Shown piece after piece: positions 12,933 through 25,800 of a stretch of DNA of 64,000 nucleotides. Made by a program: the position numbers and the translations under genes. The DNA is taken from NCBI GenBank assembly GCA_964199315.1, contig OZ116705.1:9300001-9364000 (forward strand). The letters run 5' to 3'. A model generated the notes under the pieces. The model was given only the letters and a program-made list of their open reading frames with translations, made no database searches and had not been told where the DNA came from. Origin of the DNA: Orbicella franksi (lineage: Eukaryota). Numbering within the stretch: position 1 is the first letter of the stretch; every line of letters starts with the position of its first letter.

Positions 12933-13629
12933 GGGTGGACATGCGCCGACAATTTCGATTCACTTGTTTCCAAGTGAAAAAGGTATTCCGCTCAATCGAA
13001 CGGTAAAAAAAATCCGGACTTATCGAATTTACATCACTAATCATACAAGATCGAAGATCAGGGAAAACATATGGTTCGTGGATCTCGTGGATGGGAAGAA
13101 GCCCGGGCTGGGGGATTATGAAGCGACTGAAGTCTACTGAAATTCACTTCCCGCCAAAAAAAAATATATGAATTTAAGAAACGTCAGTTATAAAACGTTT
13201 ATATATGGTGGTTACATAGCCCTGATTAAAGTTCAGAGGCAAAATAACATGAGGTCAGAAATATTTCTAGACCTTTACGGTGTCAGACCTTTGACTTTTT
13301 TCCAAATTTGTGCGCTACATCCGGCCTATGCACTACACGCGCCCCGCGAAATGCGCATTGTTGGAGCCACCAAAGGTGCGATTTCCTCTTAACTACAAAG
13401 TAATCTCTGAATTCCGACGGATCCTCTGGTATTCAATAAAATGTGTCAAAAAATTCAATAGTCAGAATGGTTATTTTTAGCTTAAGTATCAGAGGTGTTG
13501 ACAGAAAGTGTCAGGGAGAGAAGGCTGTATTGTCCAGCGGTTGTCCTTGACCAGTCCATTGATCAAAGGTCGAGGAAGTAGACGAAGAGCGTGACAAAAT
13601 CTCGTGATTTTCCCTGGAACGTGTTCGTC

Positions 13630-13680
13630 TATAAAAGCCCATTCTCCGCGAGTAACCGAAGGGACATACACTGCATTATA
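13630..13680 (+). promoter_or_regulatory. Putative ACSL core promoter (TATAAAAG) and short non-coding first exon
   Basis: TATAAAAG at 13630-13637, strong donor ATA/GTAAGT at 13681, and acceptor TTTCACAG ending at 13870, 27 nt before the ATG at 13898. Confidence 0.6.
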
Positions 13681-13897
13681 GTAAGTATCTACTACATTGT
13701 TAAGAGTGCGATATTCTTTGTGAAAATGAGTTAAGCTTAACTTCCATGGTTATCACACGGTTTTGTTGCTTGAATTCACAGTTTTAGCTTCACGGATTCT
13801 TGAGTTATGCGTGAAAGACCCATTTTGTCATGCTTGGTTTAAAATTGTCATTTTCTGATACGTTTCACAGGCAATCAAAGCATCATTTGAAAAAGCC

Positions 13898-16800
13898 ATG
13901 GCGGATAGTGTTGCTGATTCCGCTCTGAAATATCTCGGAGACCCTGCCATGGCTGCAGGGCTTGGAGCAGTAGCCTTGGCGTCGATGTACTACCTTGCGT
14001 CACGTCCGACGCCTCAGCCTTGTCCCGTTGATCCTCAGCAACACTCTTTTGAGTTACAGGTAACTATTCTTACCACAAGACCCACGACCATTATTCTTCT
14101 TCGCGTGTAATTTTCTCTCGTTTTATAACGAAACTATTTTAAACGTTCTTTATTCCTGTGGTATCTAGATAAGCTTACAAAGATCTTGTCTGTATCCTAG
14201 CTTTTTCCACAAGACCCTCCCCCAATATTACTTAATCCAGCTTAATCTTTTTACAAACGAAATATAAGATCTGCAATTCTCCATTTAACATGCAACTGGT
14301 TGGAATGAGGTAAGTTGTACTCATGGGCCCTGTAATTCTGGTTTATCCACATGGCCCACTCCTCCCCCAAGGAACTGAACTTTTCAATAAGATGTGCCCA
14401 AATAGGGTAAAATTACTAGTAAGCCCAGGATTTGCCATGGTGTGAAAGTGTGGTTTCAGTTTATTTTTTGGTGCAAAATTAAATAGATTTGTTGGCCTTG
14501 ATTTAGCAGCAGCAAAGTATAAAATTATCCTTGACATACAGCTGTTTTGAGAAAGGCTGTCACATGAAAGGGTCTAGCTTATGCGACACGTCCGAATGGT
14601 AGTCCGAGTTTTCATTGGAACTTTGTATATCCGTGTAGAGGAAATCCACAAATTTGTATTTTGGTAGGTGAAGTTTTGGCAAGGATACATAAGATTTTCC
14701 ACTTATAACACGGTCTGTAGCTTTTTGTTCACTGTTACATGACTTTTAGTGGAAAATTCTCCTAAAATTCAGTGTGATGAAAAGAACCTTGGTTCCACAA
14801 GTCAGAAGAAAAAGAAACCATACGAAATGATGCAATTTACCTTGTCATTATATCTGATTAAGTATTCAGCATGTGTAGCAGCTATCTACTTCTGCCCATA
14901 CTAACTTTCAGGGTTGCCTCATGCACTTTTATGCTTTAAACCCAACAATCCTTCTCAAAACAGCTGCATTCATACACTGCAGTACAACTCAGGCTCATTA
15001 CTTTTATTAGTTACGTACATTTTGGGTTGCTTTTCTTATAAATCTTTGTCAAGAGTGAAATGTGAAAATGTGTTTTTTATTCATGAGAATATTTACAGTC
15101 ATGTAAATGATGATAATTTTGCTCAAGTTTTGTTACGGCTTTGATTGATAACAGGACCTCACATGGTCGAATAATTATTTTTGTTGCAATACTTAGGACT
15201 GGCAAATCCCCATTTTGTTAATCATGTGACTATATGATTATGAACAAAACTGGACTCCCCTATACTGTAGGTAGTATCATTAGTTATTATTTGGCTTCAT
15301 GTAGCTCCATGAGCGGGCAAGATGAACCAAATCTTGCACTGTGATAGGCTACCTGAGTAAGCAAGAAGGTGCTATCTTGCTCACTTGGGGTTAGCCACTG
15401 AAAAAAAACAGGGTTTTTATTAATGTTTTCAGCAGGAGAGTAATATTGGTTTTCACAGGCAGACAAAACTATTTGATCTGAACTTCTTTGTAAAAAAAAC
15501 TGTCCACTAGATTGTCAAACCAGGTTGGCAAAATCTTCCTCACAGGCGGTCAATTTGCCCAGTGCCCAGCTCTTAATTAAACCACCTGAGAAAACAGTGT
15601 TCTTTTTCCATATAATAAATCCTTTATTGACCAAGCTTGTTTGGTCAAGACAGCTGGATATTGGCCTCATATTGTTTTTTGTGTTTTGGCCAATATCTTA
15701 ACAATAACCATAATTATTTTCAATAACCCATAATTATTTGCAAGTTAATGAAAACTTTTTTAAATTTATTTTAAAAAAATACAGGATGGTGATTATGCCA
15801 GAATGAATTCCCTAACTAGAGAACTTGTGGAAAAATTATTTGATGACGTGAACACAAGCCATGAAGCTTTCCTTCGAGGCGTGAGAATATCAGGTCAGAA
15901 ATTTTAATCTCAACAAGTTGTAATTTTAAATCGCAGTCTAATTTCTCCTTATGTTATTAATGCATTGAAAAGTAGATGGCTGATGAGAATAAAGAAAATC
16001 ATCAGCTAAAAGATGATTGTCTTGATGTACTACCAAATTCTCACAACTAGCATGGAAAGAAATGTATAGCAATCAGTATGAAGAATTAAAATATTGATCT
16101 AGAGGCTGCAAAGAACTTCAGAATTTGCCGGTACATATACTGGTAAGTAAGTAAAAGCTTTATTAATGTGTCAATGTATTTAGTTTTCGCAACTAATTGG
16201 AGACCTAACTGGCGGACCTAGATGCACACTGATGGGTGAACCATTTGACTTTTTTGGGAGGGGTGGGTGATTTTGAAAACAAATTCACACACTTTGATTG
16301 AGCTTAAAAAATTCATGTTGTATGGAGAAAAAAAAAATTCATCATGCACACATCTGGGGGAAAAAATTTCCTTGTGAGCATGAAAGGGTTGAAAAAAGCA
16401 ATTGTGCTTGTACCAAATCACCCACCCAGTCCCTCCATCAAAAGTCAAATGATCCACCCCTAAAGTATCTCACTCGAGAACACAACCAATGACCCCTGCC
16501 AGGGCTCAAATCTGGACTGCTTCAATTTAATTATCAGTGCACAAACCCTCTGGCCCCAGTTGTTCAAAGGCTGGATAACGCTATCCACTGGATAACTCGC
16601 TATCCAGTAGATAAGTGTTAACAAAACAAACCATGCTATCCACTGGATATGATTTATCCAGTGGATAACGTTATCCACCTTTCGAACAACCCAGGCCAGG
16701 CCACCATGCCTTCAACCAAAGACATCAAACTATATGTTTTTGAACTTTCTATTTTAAACTATATGTACTTTTGATGTGAATTTATAACTATTGTCTCAGG

Positions 16801-19800
16801 TGATAAACCATGTTTGGGTTACCGCAGCAGTCCTGGAGGACCTTATGCCTGGCTTACCTACAATGAGGTTGGTTGTCAGTTCTTAGATCCTAGACATAAA
16901 TCCTAACTAAAGACAAAAGTGTTGGAAAGGTTAGGAACATTGCTTTCAGAAAGATTTGAAGTAGGTAGTTAGATTATTTTGAACAAACACTTTGGTTGAA
17001 ATTGGACAACAAAGTTCTCTCTGATGGTTGTCTGAAGGAACATTATAAATAGAAAATAGAAAAAAAAAATTTTTTTTGCATGTACCCTTGGTCAGTGGCT
17101 ATAACCAAAAGCTAGTGGGACTGAGCAATTAAATTTCAGAAACAAATACTTCAGATTTGAACATAAAACCCCCCAACTCATTGAGCCAGTCACAATATTT
17201 CGTGAGAGACCAGGAACAAAATTTTCATCCCCAATCTTTCCCAACGCCTTGAATGCAGGGCTACCAAGCTTCGTGTTTACAATATGGCGGACACAGGACA
17301 TGGAAAGAGGACACGATAAAAAAGTGCTCAGGACAAGATTTTATTTCAATTACTTTACTCGTCATAGTGGCACAGATACTCAAGGTAGTCAGGAATTTAT
17401 TCCAAACTTTTCATTTAGACAGTTCGATATGTTTCAGATATGGAATGATTGTACGTGTATAACCTAAAAACTGTTCGCTGTCCTTCACTTAGTGATCAAC
17501 TGCCAAAATTCAGCTGGTGATCACCTCTTTTTCAACCAGTGAATTTTGCTGGCAGCTGACCCTTAGCGACAACCCTGCCTCTGGATGTCAAGTTTTACAC
17601 CCTCACCACTCAGTGACACTGCCTCCACTCCACGTAAATTAATGAACTTGTTTTCTTTTCCTCTGTTTAGGTCCTTGAGCGAGCTATGGACACTGGATCA
17701 GGCTTGATGGAGATTGGTAATGAGCCAGCTGACGGTGGCCATGTGTTTGTTGGTGTTTATGCTCCAAATAAAATTGAGGTGGTTGTTTGTTTGATTATTA
17801 GTGTTGATATGTTGTTATGTACACACTGTAAATTATTTAACATTTGCATTTTCTTCATTTTGCTGTTGACAAACAGGCACTTTTTGTACGACTCATCAGT
17901 CAAGTTTATCATCATCCTTATCAGATTTCCTTTTCCCTGCATAGGGAATAGGTTGAAAAGAGAAATATTGCCAAGGATCAATTACCAGCTGCTGTTTCAG
18001 GAAATGATCCCACATGGCCAGACCCGAGAGAGCGGGGGGAAATCAAACCTAAACATTGCCAGAAGCCAAAATGGCGGTCTGCTGGAATTAAACCATTTCA
18101 ATATTAATTCACTACTTTTAACTGGACTTAAAGAAAGCTTAATATATAACTATCAAACATGAAAGGCTATGTTTGGCGATATGTCAAAGCACCAGGATGA
18201 GAGTTGAAAATACCTCGTACAGCGGAGTATTTTTGATGAACTTCAAAGTGTTTGGTAAAGTGGTCAAACCAGGTCTTGAGTGTTTGATATATCTTCTCAA
18301 TCGAAATGAAAACTAAGGAGAAAATGGAGAAATAGACTGATATCGTAAAAATCTATGCTAATAAGATCAGATATCCAAGCACTGTGACTGTCACGGTCAT
18401 GATTTTCCTTGGTTAACTTGTTGATAAGCAATATTCAAAATGGAGGGTAGGTGCCAATTGACAGCAAAGCAGGCAATGAGCAAGTGTGGGCAAAATGTAA
18501 ATAAAGGGGGGTAACCATGTCAACCTCCAATGGGTCACCTCCCCCTGGCACCTGTCCCAAAGAATACCCAGTGGAGAATACGTATACTTACCAAGACACA
18601 AGGGCCCAGCATGAACCAAGAGGCGGGTGGGATGGGGAAAACCAAAGACAAAGCAACAAAGCAAGGCAGAGCAAAACCATGAGGGCAAAACTGCACAGCA
18701 AAGGCACAACTACACATGCCCTCAGCGATCATCTGCTGGCCAACAGTAGATCTCCCAGTTAACTCTGATTATTGATAATCTCATTCAAACTTGATGAATT
18801 GTTACCAGGCTTTTAGCTATATACATGTCCAGGCATCCTGTGGACGGCCACTTTCTACAGAAAATTGTCTTATTTTTCATATTTTGCCTTCTAAATTGCC
18901 CATTTGAGCAGGTCCTATAGCACATTTTGGACGGCCGCTCTTCAAATTCTGGCTAAAATCCTGATTGATACTGAGTTTGAGAAAGTTATAATTTTGGTTG
19001 GTTGGGTGCTCATTCCGTAGTTGTTATTTTTTTTCTTTTTTTCAGTGGGTGCTTGTGGAGCAAGCCTGCAACATGTATTCCATGACCATTGTTCCCTTGT
19101 ATGATACGCTTGGCCCAGAATCATGTGCCTACATCATTAACCAAGGTAACTCAGTTAGGTATTGAGCAGCTAAAACCACTCATCTGATAACTTTTCCTGA
19201 GCTGAATTATTTGACTTGAAGGATATTGTTAGCAAACTGTAGTTTTGGTGGCAACAGCAGCTATATGAGATATTGACTACTGATACAATTTTCTAAATGA
19301 TAACAAGCAAAATTGATATAGACACTTTGGACCGAAAAATGTCTGAGGATTGCAGGATTACCCCCCACCCCCACCCCCAGGGCTGTGCTCTAGAAGCACC
19401 TGGGTGCCACAGGCAACTAACTTTTCGCCTTTGGGTGACTGGAGTAACCTACTTTTTTCACATAAGCTTGAGTGCTAGGCACCCAGGATTTCATGGTTAG
19501 GAATCTTTGGGCTCTTCGTAATTTTTCTTAGACCACAGCCTTGCCCACTCCCCCCTCCCCCATTGTTTTCAGTCACCTGTGTCTTGCCCAAGAACACAAC
19601 ACGACAACCTGTAAGGGTATGAACTAGCCATTAGGCCACTGCTCTTCCCTGCTGGCGGCGTAGCAGTATTAAGTTGAAATAAGTGTTTTGTCCAGTTATA
19701 TGGCATAGGAACAGTAATGAGGCTTGATTTTTGGCCAATGAGTTTAACATTGAACTCAACAATATTGCTTGATTATGACTGGAGAGATGTCATACATGAT

Positions 19801-22800
19801 TGTGTAACTGTGCTGTTCTACTCTTTGACTATTAGCTCAAATGATGACTGTGGTGTGTGATGCAAGCAAGATGAAGGTTCTCTTGGAACAGTGCGATAAA
19901 TGCCCCAAGTTGAAAAACATAGTCAAAATAGGACCTGCAGTTACTGATGAGGAGAAAGAAGCAGGAGAGAACATTGGAGTTAAAGTTATTTCTTTTAAAG
20001 AATTAGAGGTAAGTAGAGGAAAGTCACAGTTGACCAAACATTTTTCAACCTAGAGTTCTATGCCCTGGCCATTAGTGGAGGCCACTGCTCCCCCATCAAC
20101 TGTCCAGATTACTTACTGTTAATGGTATAAATTGGGGGGGGGGGCATCCCTCTAAGTGACTGATTACTTAAAACTAGATATTAGGTTATTAATGCATTGT
20201 TTTTTCTTTCCTAAACAATAACAACACCAGGAAATTGGGAAGAAACACAGGCATGAAAAGAAGGTAAATTTTGAACTGAAATGTGTTGATATTAATTTGA
20301 TATTTGAGATGTTCATACATTTTTCACAGTTAATTTGAGCAAGGGTATCACTGGACAAGTAACCCTCCACTTAATCCTGGAATTAAATTAAAAATCATTG
20401 TTGTTAATAAAACATATGAAATACTGTAGAAATACATAAAGATGTACTTGTTGTTGCATCGCTGGGATAATTGTGGACCTGATAAGAGCAGCAGTGATAC
20501 TCTCTTAATTAATGCTAAAACAGAATGGACTAAAAATTTTAGACAAACTTGCATCTATGTTCATGCAGCAATCACCGGTCATTTTGAATTTGTGTTTGAA
20601 GAAAACTCGGGCAGGGAAATTACATGTCTAAATATTATCTTGACATCATAGTTTTTGAAAAGCTCCATTTTCAAAATATTTTCCATCCACACTAAAACAC
20701 AAAGCCAGCACTTTCCAATTTTTCCAGTTTGAAGAGCATTTTTAAAAAGCTCTGTTGTCTTGACGGATTAGTCTAACCATATAAATAAAGCTGTGTTTAC
20801 AAATGTCTACAGCATAGTGTGGATGGTACCCTGAGCCGAAAATACATCATTATTTGATACTCAATAATTTTATTAAACAAGTAAATATTAGCAATAAGAA
20901 AGACAGTTTATCTTTTTGCATTTGAACTTGAAAATGGTGTCATGATGTCACCGAAACATTGCTCTTTCTTAGTTATTTTTACTTGTTTATGCAATACCAA
21001 AACCTTTGCTTATAAATAATTTTATTGTCGTTTTTATTAGTTCTTAATGAAGATAATATCGCCTTTGTATTAATAGCTCCCTAAGCCAGATGATCTAGCT
21101 GTTGTTTGTTACACTAGTGGAACAACAGGTTAGTGATAGGGTTTTCAGTGGATCCTCCACTGACAGTGATAACAGTTTCTGCCACTGGGTACAGAGGAGT
21201 CCTATTTGACTGTATTTCCAGTTAAATGCACCATACAATTGCAGTGCGAGCCGATCTGTTGTTGATTCAAATCACTGTACGTAATCAAACTGTATAGATG
21301 TGATTGTGTTATGCGTCTAGTGAAATCCTATCCACAGGAAGTGATTTGAATCAACAGCAGATTACAACTGGAAAATATAATCAAATACTTAGGAATCATC
21401 TAATCCCTGTGTTTCTGCTTGAGTTCCATCAGTAGAATTACTCTTCATGAAAAACAAATGAAAGTTATAAAAATAGTTAAAATTAAAAACATGTCACTAA
21501 TAACATTAATTTACCAGCTGAGCATAGGTTAAGAATTGCAGGACATGTTGTCAAGCTAAGAATTGATACTTGTCAAGGTCCCCTCCTTGTTAACTTCTTG
21601 AAAGCAGCTGCAGAATTAGTTGTCTTCAAGCAGTTAGGTAAAGTATTCTGCAGTTAGGTCCAGTGTACATGAAGACAGGCATTGTGAATGTAAAGTACCT
21701 GCCAAGAACATACCTCGGTGATCTCAGCCAGCACTAATGAACCTCTAAATCTCATGTTGACACCCTTAAAAGTATCCCAGTGCGTTCCCTTGCATAGTAG
21801 CTGGTTGAATTAGTTTTTGCTTTGAACAGGGAATCCCAAAGGAGCCATGATCACTCATAAAAATGCGATTGCAATGCTGTCTGGTCTTGTGTATCTTGTT
21901 CAAGAGGTATGGTAATTACATGTACATGTACTGACAGGGTTGTGTTCAACTGATGAGACTTCATGCTTTTTAGTGCATACAACATACAATTTTTTTTTTT
22001 ATTGACACGTATTATAACCCATGAGAGCATGTTGTCCCAGAACACTTTATTGCAAGACTTTGGTTGAATGACAAGTCCAGACCTACAAGGAAAAATTTGG
22101 CTGTTATCAACTTGAAGTTCTTGAGCCCCTTAAAATGCGCATGTCGTAAGTAAGGTGAAGATATGGTTTTATGTTTTCAGGGATTTTTTTTTTATTTATG
22201 TGGTTTTTCGTGACAGCCTCTTTCCTTATTTCGTAGTGTGGAATAATTATTAGTGAAGAAGATGTTCACATATCGTATCTTCCCTTGGCTCACATGTACG
22301 AGCGACTTGCTCAGGTCAGTGAACTGTTCCGTTTGAATCTGCTATAAAATGTAGAAGAGAAGTTACCTTTTTCAGGAACCCAGGTGTTGATTTAGGTCTA
22401 TTAAAGGGGCTAGGTCATTCAGTCTTAGGCAATTTTAGAACTGATGAATTAGTCACAGAATAAACTGAAATATCACAATGACCGCTGAAAACTGTAGAAA
22501 AATCAAACGAAACAGAGAAATGACAAAGAGGGGCCTGGATGGGCAAAACTGGAGAAGATTAAACTGTCTCGGTACAGATTTTTCTGGATCATACCAAAAA
22601 TCTGATTGAAAATGCTTGGTATGGTCCAGAAAAAACTGCACCGTAAATGGATTATATTTGGAAAAACTTGAAAAACGAAGAGCCTGCTCGCAGGCTTGGA
22701 ACGATCAGGTTTTTATCATGCGATGGCCGGACATGATATCACATGATACCTGGACAGGCTTCAGTTTGGCTGATTGTGAATTTGAGTACGATTATTCAGC

Positions 22801-22870
22801 AAAACTGTTTTTGTAGTACTCTATTGTTCATGGGTGATTATGTTCCACTAAAGTAATGTGCCTTTCCCTT

Positions 22871-22902
<32 letters not shown>

Positions 22903-25768
22903 TGCTCTTCTAGTTGATGATATTCACGTATGGTGGTAAAGTAGGATTCTTTGGTGGCAATGCAAGGAACATTCTAGAAGACCTGCAAGCTCTTAAGTAA
23001 GTTTGCGCCTCATGCAGGATAACGTTACCAAGAAAACTGAACTTGTTATTGATGTTAATTGCCCTCTTATTTTTATCCTCTTTCAGACCAACTATTTTCA
23101 TCTCGGTTCCTCGAGTGTTAAACAGAGTGTATGATAGAGTGAGTTTGTTTTCTTCATATTCCAGCTTTATTTGTCTGACTTAAGCATACAGTGATTCAGT
23201 GCATTTTTAATAGTAAGAGCACTGCCCACTGAAAGTATTTCGCTTGGCATTATTTGTGTTTTACGGCAAACTGTTCCGCAATTCCTGTTCCCCCAACATG
23301 TTTCCTGAAATCCAGCTGGTTTGTTTTCGTGTGTCGTGCTGCAGGGACAACATGACCTGAATTGCCAACGTTACATCTTGTGCACAGCTCTTGCAAACCG
23401 TCTCCTGAAGCTACAACACATTTTTGTGTGTATGGCGTCAATTTATGTTTACCCAGATTTCATTTAAAGTTTATGAAGAACTTGTTTACCTACATTTGCA
23501 CACAGCTCTGGAATAGATTGTCCACAATACTGAAACTGACCAGCAATGTTGTAGCCTGCGAACAGGCTCCCGGCGAGGACAGAAAAAAATTTCGGCTAGT
23601 GCGAAACAGAAGAATTCGGAGAGCAGAGCGGTCGGGGCGGGAGCTCACCGGGAGCCTGTTCGCAGCCTGTCCCGCCCCGATGGCTTCGCTCTCCGAATTT
23701 TTCTGTTTCGCGCTCGGCGAAATTTTTTTCCGTCCTCGCCGGGAGCCTGTTCGCAGGCTAGCAATGTTGCTAGTTTTAGTAGTAAATTGAGAACTGTAGA
23801 CCTTTGACTGTATATTTACAGGCCTATCAATAATATTCAGATTTGTACTGTGCATAACTGAATGTTTATTGTTAATAGTGTTTTGATCGAGTTTAGTTAA
23901 CTCTTAGGCGCAACGTGTTAAACTAAAGTGTTGAGTGATCGATCGGTCGACCTTGGCCCCGGTTCACATGCCCACAGCACCCCCCTTACTGTGTGACGGC
24001 CTTAACGTTCTTCTTGTCATTGTTTTAGGTTATAAAACAGGTTTCATCCAGTCCGGTCAAGAATTTTCTTTTTAACATGGCCATGCGCTCCAAGAAGGCA
24101 GAACTAGACAGGTATGTTGGCCTTAGTTCCTCTCTTTTTACGTTGACTTGTCTACTAATAATTCATTAATTTCATTTCTTTGTAGAAATATTGTACGGAA
24201 GGACAGCATCTGGGATTATCTAGTGTTCAGAAAAATCCAGGTTGGTGATGACTAGGTTTTTATTAAAAGCTGAACGTTGTCAACTATAGAGCGTTTTCAC
24301 ACGAGGTTAATGACGTTCGCGCGAAAATTTTCCAGTCGATAGATTTTTTTTAGATTTTTACTACAGTCAGATAACGAGTTAAGCATAGATAAACGAAGAG
24401 CTAGAAAGAACGGAATTCGATGGTGCATGTTGCAAAAATTGAAACTTCAAATCGATAGATTTTCTTCGTTTTTTCGCTAAACGTAGAAAATCGGTAGAGG
24501 AAATGATCCATCGAAAGAAAAATAGGGTCAACGAACGTCCAAGATCGTTAAATCCAGGCAAACCTATAGCAATGGCCATCTGCCCTATCATTGTTCATTT
24601 TATTATTCAGCACGCGCATGATTCTCATTAATTTATTCATTGCTGTTTTCCTTCCCGAAAATGTCCACTGGTTGATCTCAATCTATAAATCGTTCGAGAC
24701 CCTCAGCAAGTTCAAAACTGGAATACGGGGATCATTGTTATTTTGCAGAATTCACTTGGCGGAAGGGTTCGATTCCTCATCTCTGGTTCTGCTCCACTCC
24801 GCGATGATGTTATGATCTTCCTGCGATGCGCCCTTGGTTGTCAGGTAGTTACGAAATAAAAAATCGTAAGAGTAAAACACTCAGGATTTCTAACTAAATA
24901 CATCCTATCTCTTGATCCCTCCGATATTTTGTACAGTTTCTTGTTACTAAGAAGAAGAAAAAAATGCTACAAAGAAATACATGTTGTGAACACTCTACTG
25001 TGGGTCTGAATCGCATAATTATTTTATTTCAAAAGGTCAAAATTTTCTGCTTAGCCCAGGTACAAAACCGAGGCTTCAAAATTAAAGGAGCTACGTCAAA
25101 GTTTGCGCATCGTGATAAGTTAAGCCTAAATTTTTGAAGATCGTCGTTGGTAATCTGTGTCAATCTTCTCCATCCTTAACCATCCTTGTTCCTTTATGGG
25201 TTTATTATTATCTCTTTAGTGTTTTTCTATCTTAGTAAACTATTATTTTCAGGTTTCCTTCAATTTAAAGGTAATTTTGTACGTGGTCAAAATAACTAAA
25301 AAAACCGTGACTGAGCTTCTTTAAGGGTCCCTGCTACATTTCGTTACTTTTTCAGTAAACTGATTGAAGTAAAAACAAAATTATTTGTCAACATTGCTCA
25401 ATCCATTCGTCTTTTTTCGTCAGGTGTTTGAAGGTTACGGTCAGACTGAGACCACGGCTGCTGCCACCTTGCAGATGATTGGTGATCAGACTTACGGTGA
25501 GAAAAGAAATCAATTACAAATCGAAAGTGTCGTCCTGTCCCCGTGTCAGCGCTTGCGTGAATTATCTAGAGTTTTTGATGGTTTGTTTAATCCTTGTTAG
25601 AAATTGGCGGGACATTGTTTGTATTGTTGACTCTAAGGGGGTGTTACGAGAAACAACTCGGAACGATGATTTCCCGCGTGACATTGTTGCGCGAAAAATT
25701 GAACTTCGTGTTAGGGTGATGTTACACGATCCGATTTTTAGCGGCGCAACATTGGAACTTGGGCAACC

Positions 25769-25800
<32 letters not shown>

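Noticed and set aside
21907-22913. Duplicated mutually exclusive gate exon (Y/F variants known in mammalian ACSL1/ACSL6)
   Set aside because: Only one ISYLPLAHM exon (22237-22314) was found; the flanking introns contain no second copy.
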